From NCBI GenBank assembly GCA_964016885.1, contig OZ024750.1:23312001-23376000 (forward strand): a stretch of DNA of 64,000 nt, read 5' to 3'. Both the position numbers and the translations under genes were made by a program. The notes below the pieces were generated by a model, which saw only the letters and a program-made list of their open reading frames with translations, was not told the DNA's origin and did no database searches. Below, piece by piece: positions 24,805 to 38,046 of the stretch (position 1 is its first letter; each line of letters starts with the position of its first letter). The stretch is from Eledone cirrhosa (taxonomy: Eukaryota).

Positions 24805-25010
24805 CTACATACTCGAATATAAGCTGATACAAATATAAGCCAACCCCACTATTTTATGTCTGAGAAATAGACAAAAATCCAAACCATATTTACTTAGAAT
24901 TTGAAGTTGGTGAAAATTGTCAAAATATTGACCCCGAATATAATCCGACCCCTTCTGCCATGGATTTTTTGGTCACATATTCCTAGGCTTATATTCAAGT
25001 ATATATGGTA
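24805..25010. mobile_element. Tigger/pogo-like MITE
   Basis: TACATACTCGAATATAAGC...GCTTATATTCAAGTATATATGGTA inverted termini. Confidence 0.6.
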
Positions 25011-25587
25011 TGTTAGTTAAAAGGAACTAACTAATGAGTGTTAGTTAAGGTGAGTTAATTAACAGGGTGTTAACTAATGAGTGCTAGTTAAGGTAATTAA
25101 TTAGTGTTAGTTAAATCAATTAGCTAACAAACATTAGTTAACTGGAGTCAATGCATGTTAACTAATGAGTGTTAGTTAAGAGAGTTAATTAATGAATAGT
25201 TGTTTAGTGATAGCTAATGTGTTAATTAGTGAGTGTTAGCTAATTGATATTGGTTAAGATTAGTTAACTAATTAATGTTAGTAAAGGGGAGTTAACAAAT
25301 GAGTATTAGCTAATGAGAATTAGTTAAATCAGATAATTAGTTAGTGTGTACTAATATTATTTAATGTCTGTTAATGGTTAAATTAGTCTTTTTTTAACTA
25401 ATGGCCGTTAGTCAATGGGCGTTAGCTAATGAGTGTTACTTATGCGCAGTTAACTAACAAGTGGGAGTTAATTAGCTGTTAGTTTATGGGTGTTAACTAA
25501 ATGATTGTTAACTAATTGGAAAATAATGTAGTACCATATGAGAAATAAACAATAAAATAAAATACATCTTGGGAGAAATAATAATAA

Positions 25588-26460
25588 AGGTTTCTACTTT
25601 TGGCACAAGGCTAGCAATTACCCAGTGCATTACCGTACTTTATTTTATCAATCCTGTAAAGATGAAAGGCAAAGTTAACCTCGGCAAGATTTGCACTCAG
25701 ACCATAAAGGGCCGTAACTTTATGCTGCAAAGCATGGCATCTGACCCTCAATAACAATAATTGATTCTGACCTTAGGCACAAGGCCAGCAATTTCGAGGG
25801 GATGGAAAAGTTGTTTAAATAAACCCCAGCACATGACTGGTACTTTTTTTTTATCAACCTCGTAAGGATGAAAGGCAAAGCTAACCTCTGTGGGATTTGA
25901 ACTCTGAAAAATAGAAGGCAGTAACTATATGCTGCAAAGCTGTTGCCTGACACTCTATTGATAACTGTTTCTACTTTTGGCACAAGGCCAGCAATTATCC
26001 CAGTGTATTACTGGTACTTTATTTTATCGACCCCCTGTAAGGATGAAAGGCAAAGTTAAACTCGGTGGGATTTGAACTCAGAATGGCAAGGGCCGTAACT
26101 CTATGCGTCAAAGCATGGCGTCCGACCCTCTACCGATACTGCCAATCCACCGCCATCACTTCTGATAACAATAATAGCGGTTTCTTTTATTTGCCACATG
26201 GGCATCAGAAGAAGAAGACATCACAAAGACAAGTTGCTACATTCAGCAGATAGCAGCAGCAGGTAGTAGCAGCAGCAGCAGCAGCAGTAATTTTGGCACA
26301 AGGCCAGCAACTTGTGTGGCAGGGAAAGTTGATTAAATCTACCAAGTATATGACTGGTACTTTTTTTTTTTATCAACCCTGTAAGGATGAAAGGCAAAGT
26401 TGACTTTGGTAAGATTTGAACTCAGAATGTAAAATGCTGGGACTAAATGCCACAAGGTAT
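25588..26460 (-). mobile_element. Cluster of ~4 same-orientation tRNA-SINE copies
   Basis: Repeated GGCACAAGGCCAGCAATT...GGATGAAAGGCAAAG...TTTGAACTC blocks. Confidence 0.85.
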
Positions 26461-26979
26461 TTTGAAGAAGAAGACAGTTGTAAGAGAAGTAGGTGGATAT
26501 GTGTAAAGGTGAGGGGTGGCATTCTTTCTAAACTGATGTTTATATCAACATTGTAATGGTAGTAGTAGCAGTGTTGGTGGTGGTTAGTAGTAGTTGTAGT
26601 ACAAATAAAAACAACTAATAATAGAATACACATACATAAGAAAGAAGAATTCCAGTTGCTTTTACCATTTATTTGAAAATGGCTGCCATCTGGTTTAGGT
26701 ATTTCTGATATGTCTTACTGTTTTCTGGTAAATGTTCCAGCTGTAGGAATAATATAATATACAATAAACAAACAAAAGAAAGCTAGCTATTGAGATCTTA
26801 ATCAAGTTTTAGGTATGAAAATAAAATGAGATGTTCTTAGCTGAAATGTTCTTAGCTCCTTTAAATTCTGTCAAGATTTAGTAGAACATTTTTCTAAAGT
26901 GGGTTTGTTAATTCAACTGTTTATAGTATCTTTATTAGTGGACAGATTGTTGTCAAATTTTGCTGTATTAGGGTAAAGT

Positions 26980-27620
26980 CTTCTTCTTCTCCCACATATT
27001 CCTGAGAGGGTCATGAGGGAAGAGTCCTCTAACACTCCCACCAGCGGGTCCTGTCAGAAGCAGCCATCTCCAACTGATCGAGTTGGATCCCTAAGCGAGA
27101 CCAGCCGAGTTCATGGATGTTATAGAGTGTTCATAGCTGAAATGTTCTTAGCTCCTTTAAATTCTGTTCTGTAAGGATTTAGTAGAAAATATTCTAAAAT
27201 GTGTTTGTTAATTCAAATGTTTATAGTATCTTTATTAGTGGACAGATTGTTGTGAAATCTTGCTATATTAGGGTAAAGTCGTCTTCTCCCACATATTCTC
27301 AGAGTGGGTCATGGAGGCAGAGTCCTCAAACACTCCCCCCAACAGGTCCTCTCAGAAGCAACTGTCTCCAACTGATCCAGCTGGATCCCCCAAGCATGAC
27401 AAGCCAAGTTCATGAATGTTATCCAGCCATCTTGCTCAGGGTCTACCCCTGGGTCACCTGCCTGTTGGATTCGCCTGTAAAATCTGACCAGCAATTCTTT
27501 TCTGAGACATTCTAACCACTTGCCAATAGTATTGGAGCTGTGATCTCTCAATTCAGAGAAGTAGTGGCTCCACCTGGAGTGACTCTCTGATCTCAGAGTT
27601 ATGCACTTTTTAATGCGAAC
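26980..27620 (-). mobile_element. RTE (Expander/Rex3-like) LINE 3' fragment, partly tandem-duplicated with its flank
   Basis: ...VVRMSQKRIAGQILQANPTGR*PRGRP*ARWLDNIHEL...; ~26836-27125 repeated at ~27136-27420. Confidence 0.7.
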
Positions 27621-27899
27621 ACATCATTGTGGATACATAGTAGTGTAAATTTGCAATATCACAGTAAATACTTCAGTGTTTTGTCATGAAAATAAAATTA
27701 AAATAAAATTTCAATGGAGATACATTAGCAAAATTTAATAAAGCAATGGGGGGGGGGGGGGGGGGGGTAAGAGGGGGGTCTGAAAAATTAATAAGCAGGT
27801 TGGGGATGGGACAATTATTCGAGACACTAGAAAGGTCAGGTCAGATCAGGTCTGAAGATACTGTCCTCTCTCTCTTTTACCAGTCTCGAAGGTTCTGTA

Positions 27900-28575
27900 A
27901 TGTTAATATGCCCAAATGATACAGTACAGATGAACTAAGGGAAAATCTGGGCATAAGAAGAATCAGCTGTAGTATAGAAGAGCGAAGATTGTGCTGGTAT
28001 GGACATGCTGTACAGGAGGTTTTATCATGGCACCAGCACTAGAGAGGTTGTTATATTCCTCTCTACTCAGCAGTCTCTTTCTCTCTCTCATTCCATATAT
28101 GTACATGAACATATATAAAATAAAATCTGTGCCTTCCTTGTATGTATTGAGTACTCATATAGTAAACTTTGACTGTTTCTATGTATAATTTTACATACAT
28201 ATTATACCTCCATCAATATAAACATCTATGTGTGTATGTGTGCAAAGAGAGAGTCCAGAACCACATCATGGGACTTATGACTGGTAAGCAGCTCAGCGAC
28301 CATATCTGTATCAGTGAGCCGCTCAACATTACCAAACTTAGACCAATTACATCAATTGTCAAGTCAAGAGTACTCAAACTATACGGCCATATAAAAAGAT
28401 CAACCCGTGGTGTGAGTAGGTTATGCCTGGAAGGAAGGTTGGCTGGTAAGAGAAGCAGAGGCCGGCAGCCAAAACAATGGCTTGACAATGTCAACTTATG
28501 GACTGGACTTGATCTTTGCTCTTTAAACTCTGCTGCTGGTGATCAAACTTTTGTGGAGAGAGATATCACATGATG
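27900..28575 (+). mobile_element. Two RTE LINE C-terminal fragments
   Basis: DELRENLGIRRISCSIEERRLCWYGH and IVKSRVLKLYGHIKRS...LEGRLAGKRSRGRQPKQWLDNV. Confidence 0.75.
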
Positions 28576-28669
28576 CGCAGTCTGCAACTGGTGGAGTTTA
28601 GCAACAAAGTAGTAAAGTACTAGTTCTTAAGGTAGACAAATAGAAGAATCGTTGTTTTGTTTTTTTTTA

Positions 28670-30021
28670 AATCTTTATTTCCTGAAAAATATCAAATTAT
28701 TCCCAATGGAATGTAGTAGAAAATGATTAAATTACAGATTTATTTGACAAAATTTTATAACTTTGCCTCCCTCAAAAATATATGAAATATTTTTTACCAT
28801 GTTGTTGTCACATATATTATTGTCTCTGTTGGATTTTCAATAATATAATACTGTTGAAATGCCGTGTTACTTGTTTAACACACTAAACTGTACATTGTGT
28901 CTGTTGTAACACACTGTACCTTGTGACTGTTGCATATCCCACTGAATATTGTAACTGTTGTGTAACACACTGTACCATGTGACTGTTGCATATCCCACTG
29001 AATATTGTAACTGTTGTGTAACACACTATACCATGTGACTGTTGCATATCTCACTGTAAATTGTAACTGTTGTGTAACACACTACCATGTGACTGTTGCA
29101 TATCCCACTGAATATTGTAACTGTTGTGTATCCCACTGAATATTGTAACTGTTGTGTAACACACTGTACCATGTGACTGTTGCATATCCCACTGAATATT
29201 GTAACTGTTGTGTAACACACTGTACCATGTGACTGTTGCATATCCCACTGAATATTGTAACTGTTGTGTAACACACTGTACCATGTGACTGTTGCATATC
29301 TCACTGTAAATTGTAACTGTTGTGTAACACACTGTACCATGTGACTGTTGCATATCTCACTGTAAATTGTAACTGTTGTGTAACACTGAACCTTGTCACT
29401 GTTGCATATCTCACTGAATATTGTAACTGTTGTGTAACATACTATATATTGTAACTGTTGTGTAACATACTATATATTGAAACTGTTGTGCATCATACTA
29501 TATATTGTAACTGTTGTGTAACATACTGTATATTGTAACTGTTGTGCCTCATACTATATATTGTAACTGTTGTGTAACATACTATATATTGTAACTGTTG
29601 TGTAACATACTATATATTGTAACTGTTGTGTAACATACTATATATTGTAACTGGTGTGTAACATACTATATATTGTAACTGTTGTGCCTCATACTGTATA
29701 TTGTAACTGTTGTGTAACATACTATATATTGTAACTGTTGTGTAACATACTATATATTGTAACTGTTGTGTAACATACTGTATATTGTGACTGTTGTGCA
29801 ACATACTGTATATTGTAACTGTTGTGTTACATACTGTATATTGTAACTTGTTATACACTATCTATTGTAACTGTTGTGTAATACACTATATATTGTAACT
29901 TGTGTAACTATCGTGTAACATTATATATTGTAACTGTATATTGTGACTGATGTGTAACACTATATATTGTAACTATTGTGTAACACACTGTACTTTCATC
30001 ATCCACCCACCATCTGTTGTG
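28670..30021 (-). other. Probable non-coding terminal (3' UTR) exon of the ARSB-like gene
   Basis: Donor CAG|gtaaga 18 nt after the stop (31195/31194); strong acceptor ttttctttcttttacag| at 30022; AATAAA (minus) at ~28674-28679. Confidence 0.45.
28890..29990. repeat. 28-bp minisatellite: a 56-bp dimeric block (~28890-29430), then a monomeric block (~29430-29990)
   Basis: Monomer TATATATTGTAACTGTTGTGTAACATAC; dimer TGTACCATGTGACTGTTGCATATCCCAC + TGAATATTGTAACTGTTGTGTAACACAC. Confidence 0.9.
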
Positions 30022-30069
30022 CTGTAAAAGAAAGAAAATATGAATAATATAAGAAAGTTAACAGATTTA

Positions 30070-30590
30070 TACTAAATAATACTATTAACTATAATATGAG
30101 TAATAATATATAGGAGTGTTTATAATATAGCACTAACTTCTATAGTATAATAGTATACTAGTGTGTATACTGTAGCACTAACTACTATAATATAATAGTA
30201 TACTAGTGTTTATAATATAGCACTAACTTCTAGAGTATAATAGTATACTAGTGTTTATACTGTAGCACTAACTACTATAGTATAATAGTATACTAGTGTT
30301 TATAATATAGCACTAACTACTATAGTATAATAGTATACTAGTGTTTATACTGTAGCACTAACTACTATAGTATAATAGTATACTAGTGTTTATAATATAG
30401 CACATATTACTATAGCATAATAGTATAGAAGTGTTTACACTACAGCACTAACTACAATAGTATATTAATAGTATAGGAGTGTTTATACTATAATATTTAC
30501 TATTGTAGCACAGGTAATAGTATAGTAGTGTTTGTACTACAACAACACTGACTACTACAGTATAGGAAATAGTATTCTGGTGTTTGTATT
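30070..30590. repeat. 45-bp minisatellite with alternating variants
   Basis: TAGTGTTTAT(AATATAG/ACTGTAG)CACTAACTACTATAGTATAATAGTATAC. Confidence 0.9.
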
Positions 30591-30711
30591 ATACAACAAT
30601 TTCTCATGTTTACTTGCTTACTATTTTAAAATAGTAAGATATAATTTGAGGGAAATTTTGCTGCTATTTTTAGTCCATGGGAACTCCCTTATTATATATT
30701 TATTTATTTAA

Positions 30712-30931
30712 CCCTTTAGCATTTACATTAATTTATATTTACTATTGTATTTTCATGGTAAAGGCTTTACATTACATAATATCTTACATAATATCGAATC
30801 TATGAGATTTTGATATTATTTATTTTGAGAACAATACCTTAATATCAGTATGAGCGGCCAGTTACAGCTAGTTTGAACAGAAAGAGATGAGAAAATTCTG
30901 GCCGGATATGGCCGGTTTAAATACTAAAGGG
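30712..30931 (+). mobile_element. piggyBac-type MITE (TTAA TSD, CCCTTTAG..CTAAAGGG termini)
   Basis: TTAA|CCCTTTAGCATTTA...TAAATACTAAAGGG|TTAA. Confidence 0.85.
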
Positions 30932-31212
30932 TTAATCAATCAAATGTCTATGTAGAGCTAATAAGCCATGGCAGACTGGAAAATGTATCTAATACATTAA
31001 TCTTATGATTATTAAACAATAAGAGAGAGAGAGATAAAAATAAAACAAAAGAAGCAAAAATACGAAAAAGGAGAAAACCAAATATAGCTATAAAGCAGTT
31101 ATATGTTTATTGTTGAATCTTCATCAACTCCACACTTATTAGAAAATCTTGTTTGAGCTAACTCAGGTAGAAATATAAAGAAGCTGTATCTTACCTGTCC
31201 TCAGCTTCCAAA

Positions 31213-31475
31213 TTATTCCCAGGGTCCCCAGTAACCTCCATGTAAACTAGGGTTAGAAGCTGGATCAAACTTTGGGAAGCGACACTTCACAGATGTAGAG
31301 TTATAGAAAGCCAAGCGAGTAAGCATGAACTCCACAACATTGAGGTTCTCAGTTACAACATCATGATGCTCATTGGGGTCAGCTGTGATGTTGAAAAGCC
31401 AGATATTTTTATAATATGACATCATGGAAATAATGGGAGAGTCCAGTTGTGGCGGTGGAATCCAGCTAGAGTTAC
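31213..31475 (-). CDS. ARSB: ARSB-like exon 8, coding part (263 nt, TAA stop)
   Basis: ttcctcaag|(G)NSSWIPPPQ...[16 protein letters not shown]...[10 protein letters not shown]. Confidence 0.92.
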
Positions 31476-31959
31476 CTTGAGGAACAAATATATAAATTAA
31501 CATCATCATTGTTTAATGTCTATTGTCTATGCTAGCATGGGTTAGACAGGTTTGTCCCATTAGAGGCAAGCTGGGTCATGTGACCATGTCTTGCTCATAT
31601 AGAACTGTTGCTGGCTAGATTTCTATGGCTGGATGCCCTTCCTAATGCCAACCACATTTACAGTGTGTGCTGGGTGCTTTTTGCTGATACCTACATGACC
31701 ACTTTACAATGTGGACGGGGTGCTTTTTGTTATGACACCTACACAGCCACTTTACAGTGTGGACTGGATGTTTTTATGGTACCAACCTAACTTTACAGAG
31801 TAAGGGTAGAGTGGGCAGAAGTGGGAGGGTAGTGTAGGGGCGGGGTGTGTATGGAAGGTGGGTATATTGGATTAAGAGGTGCCTACTGACATTTCATAAT
31901 CATTGTCATCACCATTTTATGTTCCTTCCATGCTGGCATAAGATGGAGGAATTTAGTAA

Positions 31960-32028
<69 letters not shown>

Positions 32029-34709
32029 AGTAAAATGACAGGAGGCCGGACTGGTGAAATTCCTTCAAAGATTTATTCCAGCAAACACAATGTACATTTC
32101 AGTGGCCAGGTTACATAAGATCCTGGTGACATCATCAGGTGTATATTGCACAATAGTTATATAATAAAGGAATAATGGTAAACACAATCCAAGAAGCTAC
32201 AAGGAGAGAAAGCAAATAAAAAAAACATATATAGACATGATGGACTTCATTCCAATTTCCCTCTACCAAGTACATTCACAAAGCATTGGTCAGCTTGTGG
32301 GTATTATAGAAGCAGAAGACACTTGCCCAAGGTGCCATGGAACTGAACTTAAAGTCACAGGGTTCTGAAACAAACTTGTTGATTACACAGCCATACCTGT
32401 GTCATATATAATACAAATGTTATATAACCTTACCTGGATCTCCAGTAATAAGTTTCCAGTCCCCATACCTTAGTGCAGCTCTTGTACGAGTGTCAAATAT
32501 GTCAGGGAAATGTGATTGCCCTTTGTGTTTATATAAGGGGTCGATGTTGTGGAGAAGTTCCTTGCGAGCACTTTGTTTGCCTTCACTGAAAACAGCAGTA
32601 AAAGAAAGAAACACATAAAATAGATTAACACTTCAGCATTTACATTATTCTACATATACTAAGGCGGTGGATTGACAGTATCAGTAGAGGGTCTGACACC
32701 ATGCTTTGCAGCAAAGAGTTACGGCCCTTTATGATCCTAGTTCAAATCCCACCGAGGTTAACTTTGCTTTTCATCCTTACAGGGTCGATAAAATAAAGTA
32801 CCAGTAATACACTGGAATAATTGCTGGCCTTGTGCCAAAAGTAGAAACAAATATTCTATATATACTATTGTATTTTCACAGTAAAGGCTTTATCTATGAG
32901 TAAAGGTACTATAAACATTTGAATTAATAAACCACATTAGTAAGACATTCTTGAAAAGTACAAAACAGCACTAAGACTGCTTCACATTAGATTACTTAAT
33001 ACTATAAATTTTCAGTACAATCTGTCTACTAATAAAAATACTATAAGCATTTCAATTGATAAACCTGCTTTTAACCCTTTAGAATTTTCATTACTCTCTA
33101 TATACTATTGTATTTTTATGATAAAGACTTTATCTTACATAATTATCTCATAATAGTTACATTACTCTCTATATACTATTGTATTTTTGTGGTAAAGGCT
33201 TTATCTTACATAATTAGCTCACATAATATCGAATCTATAAGATTTTGATGTTATTTATTTTGAGAACAATACCTTAACATCAGTATGAGTGGCCGGTTGT
33301 GGCCAGTTTGAACAGAAAGAGGTCAGAGAATTCTGGCCAGATTCAGCTGGTTTAAATGCTGAAAAAATTGTTTTTTAAAGGTTTTTTTTCATAAGATATT
33401 TTCACTATGCAGGCAACTGGCCTATTTGAATTTCATTCATGTTGTATAACTGCACAAAAGGGCTGTCATAAGAAAATGCAATATGGAACACACAATGCAC
33501 CTCTGCATACCCTAAGACAGAGGTTCTCAAACTTTTTGGGCCACTGTCCCCCTCACAGCCATGTAATACCTTCAGCACCCACAACCCTATTTCTAGAGAG
33601 ACCTGCCTACACATAAATTGTAAATAATATATAATAAATAAAATCGTTAATTTATATATAATAAATAATATAATATATACTATGTATAAATAAATATTAA
33701 ATATTTTTATTTTACTATATTTATATATACTATGTATCATTTGATATTTAATATACTATTATATCATCTCTACCACCCATTTAGGCCCCAGCACCACCCT
33801 GGATCTTTTCAACGCCCCCTGGGGAGAGGCGGTAGCAGCCACTTTGAGGACTTCTGCCCTAAGGGGTATACACACAGAAAATCATGGCTGGACAACCACA
33901 AAACAAAAACAAAAAAATAATAAAATACAAATTTAAATAATTTAACTTAAATCTGCTCCAAACAAGCAAGTCAACTCCGATTGATCTTTTAAGTCTCTCA
34001 TGGGGGTTCTTCCTTGGTAATGGGCTTTTAAATCCAAAAATATTTGGGATTATCAAATTTGCTAAGGTAAGATACTTTTGTTATCTTAGCAATCTTGATT
34101 TTCTTTCTAATGCATTGTATGGTTTTCAAAATTATTAAAATTTGTGTTTCCTATTCAACAATGCTTCGAGCAAACTACAACACTCTGTTAAAAATAAAAT
34201 ATCAATGTTGGCAGAAACATAAAACAAAATAAGACTTTATAATTTATTGTTTATGAGTTAATCAGGAAGACTTTGGAGAGCTGTTATCTCTATAAGGCTC
34301 TAGTTACTACTTCACATAAAAACTGCTTACCTCTTCACTCACTATCTTATATTACTAGTTACCACTAATACTAACTACCACTCAGTAACTCACACCACAA
34401 CTAGTTACCTCTCATCATCATCATCATCATCACTCGTCGACTACTGTCGAGATGATGGATCTCACTCTCATGCCCCAGAATCCCCCGTCCCCCATCGCTG
34501 CCCCCAGGTCCTGTCTGCTGATTCCCGTATCCCTAGAGATAACGTCAGGGAATGACAGCTTCCTACTCCTAGTCAGGCTGGAGTCAGGGTTCCAGAGCAA
34601 GAGAGCAAGTTACCATCTACAAACATAGATACCACACACACACACATATATATATATTGAGTACTTTGGTGCGTTATGGTCCACCTGGTTCCTTACCACT
34701 TTTCATTCG

Positions 34710-34752
<43 letters not shown>

Positions 34753-35080
34753 AAGGTTAAACAAGGTTCAATGAATAAATCAAAGAATGACTCAATCACT
34801 GAATCTTAACCATCTACTATGTCAGGGTATGTCATGCATCATCTTATTTTATCTGATGAGGACGTACTGTTGAAGTTAACTCAGTACCTCTGAAATATGT
34901 ATAATAAAATATACTTGATCACGAGAATATCTATTTTGTTAATATTTTGAATTAATATATATATATATATATATATGTGGTGTCTATGGTTGTGTATATC
35001 TAGCGTGTATATCGTTAACCTAATATATCCCTTCCATATACTGTACCGATTGTGTTGTTATTTCTGTTTACCTTTTACAT

Positions 35081-35131
<51 letters not shown>

Positions 35132-36505
35132 GCTGTCGAGACACTGCATCCTTCAAAACCTCCATTCTTCTTGAAATTCGCTAACACTACACCTGATATT
35201 CTGCCTCCATCCCTGTGTATATTATTATTACTATTATTATTATATATAGGGCGGTGGATCGGCAGAAGGTCGGACGCTATGCTTTTCAGCATAGAATTAA
35301 GGCCATTTACGATCTGAGGTCAAATCCCGCCGAGGTTAACTTTGCCTTTTATCCTTACGGGGTCGATAAAATAAAGTACCAGTAATGCACTAGGATAATT
35401 GCTGACCTTTTGCCAGAAGTAGAAACAATTATTATATACACACACACACACACACAGCTGCCTTCACAAGACACCACTCCAAGTTAAATCAAAGATTTAC
35501 AATATAAGGGGAATAACTCTTATCGACAACTTGAATAAAAAAACATTTTTCGAATGGTTGACGTAGCAGGCATCACTGGCTATACAAAGTGAACGAGTCC
35601 GCAGCTGAGATATACCGCCAAGATAAAGGCGTAGAGTTTGTTCCTAATCCTATTCTGCTCCATTAAATTATCAGGCTTCCAATCAGTTTCCGTCTTCCCA
35701 AACGTGACTCACAAGGCACGAGTCAGCCTGAGTCTATGGTAAATGACACTCGCCCAAGATGTCACACAAAGAGATGGATCTACATACAAGAAACGGGACA
35801 AGAGATACAAATATTACCTGATAGATGGCCATTGGTCAAATCCATCAAGTGGTTTGGTTCCATTCAAAGTACCTCCAGCCAACTTGACCAACGTTGGGAA
35901 CCAGTCTGTGACATGTATCAAGGATTTGGAGGTAGTTCCTTTGTTTTTGAGTAACTCACTAGTAACAAAGCCAACACCATGAAGACCACCTTCCCAGAGG
36001 GATCCCTTCCACCCTCGAAGGGGCCAATTATTTCCACCCTCAAGAATTTGACCCCCGTTATCTGAAAATAAAGGAAGATTAAAAAAAAGAAAGAATATTT
36101 TTATTCCAGGTATTTAAAATTTAGTTATTGGTCGGATAGGTTGTCATGGTTCAAAACTGGACAGGCTAGAGTGACCTCATCTTGCTTGCACATTATATAT
36201 TTAGCATGGTTTCTACAGCTGGATTCCCATCCTAACTTTGGCAACCTTATTGAGTGTGTACTGGGTGCATTTTATTGTGGCACCAACACTACCACCTTAC
36301 AGAAAAACCTGAGTACGTTTTATCATAGAACCAGTACTAGAGAAGTTGTCACATGCTCATCCACACTAAAGTGTCTTTTTAGACCCTATATTGTCTACAA
36401 TCGGTAAACACTGTAGCCTCTGATCTCTCACCTGAGAAAAGCATATATTTTGAAAATGAAAAATAATAAATACAGCTACAACATACACACACATGCATTA
36501 AATGG

Positions 36506-36536
<31 letters not shown>

Positions 36537-38001
36537 GTATGTATACATTTAAAAAGCAATAGAAGGCTAGACTGGAAATATTCTTTCAAAGTTTTAATGT
36601 TGCAAAAACATTATACGCATTTCAATGGCTTAGTTACATCATCTGATCATGGGGTAAAACTTGGACAATTTCATCAGGTGTGGATTGCAAAATTAGTTAA
36701 TTGATTATTGGATCTCCAACCAAATCAAATCTATTCTCTGTTTGTGTTGTGGAGACTCTAGCTTATTTGCGATAAACGTTTTAACTCATGGTTCCTTTCA
36801 ATCATACATCTTGTTCATTTCACACACACACACACACACCAATACTTCTTCCTCACAATTGCATCCCTCTTAAGTACCCTCCTAGCCAATGATTTCCTGT
36901 AGATATGGAGCAAACAAATCTTCAAACTGAACATCAATCACATTAATTTCATCAATATGGTAGGTGGGAGCCTGTAAAAATCAGAGACACTGCCCCTCCA
37001 TCTTCTTTGACACATATACATACCTGTAGAGAAGACCAGCACAGTGTTATTCCAAATGCCTTTTTTCTTGAGAACATCAGTAATATTGCCAACAGCTTCG
37101 TCCATACAAGTTGTCATTCCTGATAGTGAAAAAACAAAATGACTATATTTCTGTATTATTTTCAACATCATCATCAGCATCACTAAATATTTGTTTTCCC
37201 TGCTAGCAAGAGTTAGACAAGTCCTCAATAACCAAGTCAGTACTTATTTGGAGTTTCTAAACTCTCACATGGGCCCAGGGTTTGTATCTTGGCTACATAT
37301 GTTCCCACACGCTACAGAGTGCACTGGGTACGTTTTATGGCACCAGCACTTGGAAGGTTCTCGTAACTTTGACTCAACTGAGGAGTCCTCTCAACTCTTT
37401 GTTTGTCTGAATACCCTTCCTATTACCAACCACTTTGCAGAGTGTACTGGGTGCGTTTTAACGTGGCATTAATGCTAGAGAGGTTGCTGTGTCCTTGATA
37501 TAAGTGAATGATGATGATGATGGTGAGGGTGGTGGTGATGATGATGAGAATGGTGATGGTGAGGGTGGTGATGGTGATGATGATGATGAGGGTGGTGATG
37601 GCGATGATGATGATTATGGTAGTGGTGTATGATGTAGTGATGTAAATGATGATGATGATGATGTAGTAGTAGTGGTCTGTAACGTAGTGATGATGATGAT
37701 GATTGTGGTAGTGGCATATGATGTAGTGGTGTGTGGTGTAGTGGTGTTCGATATAATGGTATAGATGATGATGATGATGATTGGTTGTAGTAGTGTAGTG
37801 GTGATAATGAGTGGTGGTAGTGATGGTGATGGTAGGAACTGAGATGCTGAAGAATTGTGTTACCTGCATAGATTCTTCTCTTCTTGTCCTTGATGTGGTT
37901 GTATGGTGCAGTGTATTGGGGTGGCACCTGCAGTGGGGCATGGACAGACTGCATTGCAACATACAGGAACAGTGGCTGAAACAACACACACATAATACAG
38001 C

Positions 38002-38046
<45 letters not shown>

